Under the pieces are notes generated by a model. It was not told the DNA's origin, did no database searches, and was given only the letters and a program-made list of their open reading frames with translations. The translations under genes and the position numbers were made by a program. Below are positions 47,143 to 51,506 of a DNA stretch of 51,506 bases, piece after piece (position 1 is the stretch's first letter; the number at the start of each line of letters is the position of its first letter). The DNA is from an uncultured Erysipelotrichaceae bacterium (GTDB taxonomy: Bacteria; Bacillota_I; Bacilli_A; RFN20; CAG-826), in assembly GCA_900317295.1 (NCBI GenBank), contig ONGB01000004.1, positions 15,303-66,808 on the forward strand, read 5' to 3'.

Positions 47143-47931
47143 TTAGAAGTCAATGTCAATAATTTGTCCATCTTGTATATATGTCCCGTGTTTAATGTGA
47201 CATTTTTTGTGGCTAGCTTGGCAAAACTCGATCACCTTTCTTGCCGTTTCGTTATAAAAATTTTGATATCCTTTATACTCTCCAACTTTTTTGTTGTAAT
47301 GCAGCCTTCCGAAAACAATTTTATCCACAAAAGCAACGCGATGGAGTATGTCTTCGATGGGAGTATCGCCAATGTTTGGCGTCGGGAACGGCTCGATGCT
47401 CACCCACGTTTGGCATCCGGTGTTGTGCAGTTTTTCTAGAGCTTCGATTCTTTGATTGTAAGTAGAGGAAAACGGCTCATAAACTTTCCTAAACTGTTCG
47501 GAAAGCGACACCAAAGTAATGCCGAATTGGTTTCCTTTAAATGTCTGAGATAATTCGTAAGGCAAAGTCCCTTTGGTTAAAACGACAACAGGAATATGGT
47601 AGTGATTAATCCTATGTATCATTTTTATCGACATATCTTGAACTTCCGGGTATTCATCCATAAACGGATCGGTAGTAAAACAAAGGTGTATGGATTCTAT
47701 TTTTCCTGCCAGTTTTGGCAGTTCTTTGTCCAAGAGATCCAAGGCGTTAGCCACAAGGCGCGGTTTAATCCATTCGGAATACGTTTTCACGTTTCCAAAC
47801 CTCTTGGCCATATTGAAGGCATAGCACGGGAAATTACACCCATGGGCACACCCCAACACATGGTTCGCAGTGTAATCTCCATATTCGACAGCGGTTTTGT
47901 AGAGAAGTGTTTTCCTGATTATGGTGTCCAT
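47143..47931 (-). CDS. Radical SAM protein (SplB/DUF5131-like)
   Basis: NHVLGCAHGCNFPCYA, FTTDPF, LTKG, GITL, EP....RIEAL, TWVSIEP; start could alternatively be 47940. Confidence 0.85.
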   Translation of the reverse strand: MDTIIRKTLLYKTAVEYGDYTANHVLGCAHGCNFPCYAFNMAKRFGNVKTYSEWIKPRLVANALDLLDKELPKLAGKIESIHLCFTTDPFMDEYPEVQDMSIKMIHRINHYHIPVVVLTKGTLPYELSQTFKGNQFGITLVSLSEQFRKVYEPFSSTYNQRIEALEKLHNTGCQTWVSIEPFPTPNIGDTPIEDILHRVAFVDKIVFGRLHYNKKVGEYKGYQNFYNETARKVIEFCQASHKKCHIKHGTYIQDGQIIDIDF

Positions 47932-47959
47932 GGATTGCATCCTCACAAGCAGAAGGAAT

Positions 47960-48799
47960 CTATTGTTTCGAACGGAGTATATGCCCGGCAATTCTGTTCG
48001 CAAGGTCAATCGCTTTTTTCTCGGGGTTCGCCGTCATAAAGAATAAAACAAATAAAATGCTTCCCTTCTCATTTTTTAGGATTTTTGGATTTGGCGCGAC
48101 AAATGGGAAAAGGGCAGAAAGTCTGTTCTTAGTATATTCTATCAAAGCCTCCGAATTAACCTTTGCATATTCGCTTTCGTAAGACCCGGGCAACAAGGAA
48201 AGCTGAACCGCCTTCTTCTTCTTATACAACGATTCTTTCCAATTGGTGCAGCCAAAGCACTTATCAATTCTTTGTTCCCAGAGTTTCGTCTGCTCAATAT
48301 CTTTGGTAAGCATGCGATTGACCGCAGAAAACGGAAACAGAAACCACACATCGCTATGTCTCGTTTCGGCGATTAATTGCAATGTTTTCCACTCTGTTTC
48401 TGTAGCAAAAGGGTCCAAAAAGAAAACGGCACGAGATTTCTCCCACTTAGTTGAACGGATGAATGTGGAAAGTGCCTTATTAGCATCTTCATTTATGATG
48501 TAAATCTTCTTGTCTGGATGGGCAGAAGCCATTTGACTCAATCTGCTTGCTTTTTCTTTATTCTTTTCTATAAAAATGTACCGATCAAATGGATGGGTTA
48601 CGTTAAGAGCCATTTGAGCTGAGCCTTCGATAATATTGCCGTTTCGTAACCGGACGACGCCCTCTCCAGCAAAACCGTCCACATAGATTCTTTCAAAAGA
48701 AAATTTTTTGAGTGCTGTGGCATATGCATCCAGATAGCTAAAGATGATATCAAGCTTTTTTATAGTCCAATCGCCACCAAATGTTCCGTCAGGTTCCAT
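47960..48799 (-). CDS. tcmP: Three-Cys-motif partner protein TcmP (SAM-dependent methyltransferase-like)
   Basis: GGDWT..KL....YL.AY, IYVDGFAGEG, GSA..AL, YIFIEK, DAN, FLDPF, W.TL..IA, DVW.LFP. Confidence 0.88.
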   Translation of the reverse strand: MEPDGTFGGDWTIKKLDIIFSYLDAYATALKKFSFERIYVDGFAGEGVVRLRNGNIIEGSAQMALNVTHPFDRYIFIEKNKEKASRLSQMASAHPDKKIYIINEDANKALSTFIRSTKWEKSRAVFFLDPFATETEWKTLQLIAETRHSDVWFLFPFSAVNRMLTKDIEQTKLWEQRIDKCFGCTNWKESLYKKKKAVQLSLLPGSYESEYAKVNSEALIEYTKNRLSALFPFVAPNPKILKNEKGSILFVLFFMTANPEKKAIDLANRIAGHILRSKQ

Positions 48800-48879
48800 T
48801 AGCAAATCCTTCTTTAGCGAATTGATTATATCGTTAAAACCTTATCGACGTGAGCCCCTTAGGACAGTCAAAACAATAC

Positions 48880-49165
48880 TTGTTCATGGATAGGGAAATT
48901 TTATGGTCATTTCCCCTTGCCGGAACCGAATAGGGGGATATGGTCCCGAAGAAAATCTTGGCATCGAACCAAAGGTTCATCCTCTTCACGTATTCATGGT
49001 CCAGCCCGGCTTTTTCTCCGAGATCGTGTTCCCGGCTCATCTTGAGCTGGGCGTATCCCCCTAGGCCGGGCCTGGCATCATAGGCCGAAGGCGTATAGGA
49101 TTCCCGGGCGAGGGTGAGTTCCTCTTCGTTATGCGCGGAACCCGGCCTAAGGTCGAGAGAATGTA
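48880..49165 (-). pseudogene. C-terminal fragment of a bacterial sugar transferase (priming glycosyltransferase)
   Basis: RPG......L...R......RPGLGGYAQL......EKAGLDHEYV....WFDAKIFFGTI; GC-richer than its flanks; N-terminus absent. Confidence 0.7.
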
Positions 49166-49218
49166 AGTGACAGAAATAACCACGGTGTGATGGCGATGCC
49201 CGCACCATAGCTATAGTT

Positions 49219-50502
49219 TTATTTCATAAGCGATTTTGCATACTTCCGGAACTCAGCTTTGTATGCGGCGTGCGAAGGATACCACAGGGGAATAACCCCC
49301 ATTCGTAATAGAAAGAGAGTTTTATACAGGATAACTTCATCCGATAGACCTTCTGTAGAGCCATAGAAATAGTGAAACTGCGAAGGATGATCTTCGAAAT
49401 GGTTGCTGATGACTTTTTGTTCCTCGTAATCAGTTAAACTGTTGCCCACGAAACAACATGTGTCATTCAAGTGATCATAAAGCTGTTTGTAGCCATACGA
49501 AGACGGAGACTTGTAGTTTGCGAAGTATTCGTCCGTGGTCAAGACCAAGGAGCGGTAATGATATGCGAAAACGGGATTAGGAAACTTAGGAATAAACCCG
49601 TGCGAATGAATAACTTGGAAGGATGAGTAGTGATTTGGTGGCTGAATCGGCATTGTCTTGAAAAAAGTCACGACATCCGCTTGATAGCATTTCTTCAAAG
49701 CACGCTCAAGCCAATCGTCGTAATTGAAAGTCAAAACCTTTTGCCCGTTTTTCGCCCGTCGAAGGGATTGCGCATACAAGACAGCAGCAACAGCGGTTAA
49801 TGTAGTGTCGTCCGAGGGGGATGGTTCTATCGCAGAATTGATGACATCTTCAATTATCTTTTGGTATTCTGTGACGGAAATGTCCTTGGTGATTTGGAAA
49901 AAACCGTAGTTGCTATTGAATGTATTTTGGCTGATTTCTTCGCACGCTCCCTTTTTCCCGAGGATACAATCGGTGGCTCCCTTGAATTCTTTTTCTAAAT
50001 CTTTCCAAAGAGGAAAGCCGTATCCGGAGTTAATCCCTGAGCCTACGACAAATCTATAGTCGTAGTTCTTCAGCCTTCTTAATTCCAAGAGGGCTTCGAT
50101 CTTCCCGTATTCAAAGTCGTAAAGAAAGTTGTCTCGGGAGGCGTCGATAAGTAGATCGACTATATCGGGGTTCAAAGAATCAGGATATTTGACTAAAGGT
50201 AGAAATTCTAAATCAGTTGGGGTTAAAAACCGACAGAAGCGTTTATCTTTATTTCTGAACAACACATACGAAGTTAACTCTCCATCGAAAATCTTTAGCC
50301 TCAAGCTATAGGATTGTTTAATCGCTTTATCATTTTGGTCTTCGGGCCGGAATTCTTCAAAAAACGACTCCCTCGACAACCTGCTCACTTTTTCCCCTTT
50401 CAAAAAACAATTGAGGCCGACAAGCAAAAGAAAGAAACGTCGGATTTCTGGTCCTTTCAGAGCCATCGCTCGATCAAATTGCTGATAGTTCATTTGTGCC
50501 AT
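49219..50502 (-). CDS. SIR2-like (SIR2_2) domain protein with unknown N-terminal domain
   Basis: FVVGSGIN..YGFPLW..L, LTFNYDDWLE, HSHG, VLTTDEY, FVGNSLTD. Confidence 0.85.
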   Translation of the reverse strand: MAQMNYQQFDRAMALKGPEIRRFFLLLVGLNCFLKGEKVSRLSRESFFEEFRPEDQNDKAIKQSYSLRLKIFDGELTSYVLFRNKDKRFCRFLTPTDLEFLPLVKYPDSLNPDIVDLLIDASRDNFLYDFEYGKIEALLELRRLKNYDYRFVVGSGINSGYGFPLWKDLEKEFKGATDCILGKKGACEEISQNTFNSNYGFFQITKDISVTEYQKIIEDVINSAIEPSPSDDTTLTAVAAVLYAQSLRRAKNGQKVLTFNYDDWLERALKKCYQADVVTFFKTMPIQPPNHYSSFQVIHSHGFIPKFPNPVFAYHYRSLVLTTDEYFANYKSPSSYGYKQLYDHLNDTCCFVGNSLTDYEEQKVISNHFEDHPSQFHYFYGSTEGLSDEVILYKTLFLLRMGVIPLWYPSHAAYKAEFRKYAKSLMK

Positions 50503-50992
50503 CCCTTTGGACTTCCGTTATCTTAGCACGCCGATTATTTTTTGGCGCTTGGGAACATAGCAAGAGCCTGAGGGAAATCCAGTGTCCGTGCGTCTGGGAT
50601 CTTTCAATTGAAAACTCACTCATTGGAACGATATTCAAATGCATAGGAGGTTCAATTTCTTCCAAGATTTGCTTTTATAATCTTTTCCGAACAAAGCCAC
50701 AAAACTTTACACACAAATATGATGCCTAGAAGGGGCGTGAAACATGGCAAAACAGGAGCGGCACCAACATACCCGGACGCGGTTGCGAAAAAACAATTAT
50801 TAGTGCTGCCTAACCGGGCCGCCGAAGAGCTCCAGTTTCTTAAGCAGAGACTTCATATTCTCGAAGTCTCCTGGGTTCTTTGATTTTTGAAGTTCCGGCC
50901 CCTCTACTTTTGACTAACTCGTCTATGGGCGTCCTTCAAAAGACGCGTGATTTCAAATCTCGGCGGCCAGGATCGATTGTCATTTCCGCAAA

Positions 50993-51506
50993 TTAAGAAG
51001 TGGCGCTTTTTTCAAAGCTCTCACGGAGTTTAGATACGGCAGAATCGATTAGATGGATCACGTATTCGGGAACTGTATCCTGCGAAACTTCATCAATGGT
51101 GAAAACATACTGATGTTCAATGTGGGCAGTATCGTCTACAACGGCTTTGAAAACCGCCTTTCCGTGGAAAACGTCATCTTTTTTCCCTTGTTTTTCCAAG
51201 AAGATTGCGATCATCCTAAAGACCGCCAATTTATCAAAACGGTTTGAACAACGATCATATGCCTCAAGCAAGAGCTTTATCGAATTGAAGGAGGCCAAAA
51301 GCGCATCGTAATTATCGGGCAACGAGGTGAAATGGTTCTTAAGCTGGCTCTCAGCGTTTTTCAAATCTTCATCAGTGAACGGAATTTCATGGCCACTATC
51401 ATCTTCGTGGGCGGGGGAGGGGCGGAAATGGATTAAGGAAGATAGGTAATCGTATACATTAGGGCCGCCCCAAGAAGAGAGCTCCGCATGGCGCCTCATG
51501 TGAAGA
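50993..51506 (-). CDS. C-terminal part of a probable AAA_13/RloC-like ATPase (partial)
   Basis: YDYLSSLIHFR...LAVFR...AHIEHQYVFTID....VPEYVI resembles C-termini of island ABC ATPases; frame runs off the window. Confidence 0.5.
   Translation of the reverse strand, partial: LHMRRHAELSSWGGPNVYDYLSSLIHFRPSPAHEDDSGHEIPFTDEDLKNAESQLKNHFTSLPDNYDALLASFNSIKLLLEAYDRCSNRFDKLAVFRMIAIFLEKQGKKDDVFHGKAVFKAVVDDTAHIEHQYVFTIDEVSQDTVPEYVIHLIDSAVSKLRESFEKSATS

Noticed and set aside
50503-50992. 490-bp gap between the SIR2 gene and the upstream ATPase
   Set aside because: Only short broken frames with no recognisable motif or convincing structure; probably decayed sequence
1-51506. Mycoplasma-type UGA=Trp recoding
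   Set aside because: Conserved genes end at TGA in ATGA overlaps and use TGG for Trp

Overview
The window looks like chromosome from a gut- or rumen-type, genome-reduced Bacillota (Bacilli, RF39/RFN20-like; an inference from gene content). TGA is used as a stop codon. Left two-thirds (about 1-31.8 kb, GC-rich core): a stripped gmk-priA-(hyp)-rsmB-like-rlmN-prpC-prkC-rpe cluster, Fe-S/flavin redox genes, a large acidic lipoprotein, tRNA-Arg(UCG) with an adjacent RelB/Fic islet, hypA, and an rnfCDGEA-x-B operon followed by apbE, NusG-II, Gx transporter and TetR genes. A HipA-like kinase plus a HipA_N/resolvase-HTH partner sits between rnfB and apbE, bracketed by a 32-bp near-perfect direct repeat. 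Right third (about 31.9-51.5 kb, increasingly AT-rich): a defence-island-like region. It holds two ABC-ATPase/TOPRIM (RloA/RloB-like) pairs, an MqsA antitoxin with a deleted toxin, an AbiF/Abi_2 HEPN gene with a candidate downstream small RNA, a PD-(D/E)XK-like protein, AAA_13/RloC-like ATPases, a proteasome-like Ntn hydrolase with a (PGY)6 partner, a TcmP + radical SAM + HNH operon, a SIR2 protein, and IS and sugar-transferase scars. The best candidates for undescribed systems are TcmP-rSAM-HNH, the repeat-bracketed HipA module and the Ntn-hydrolase/PGY pair. All family calls come from motif recognition by eye; no database search was run.
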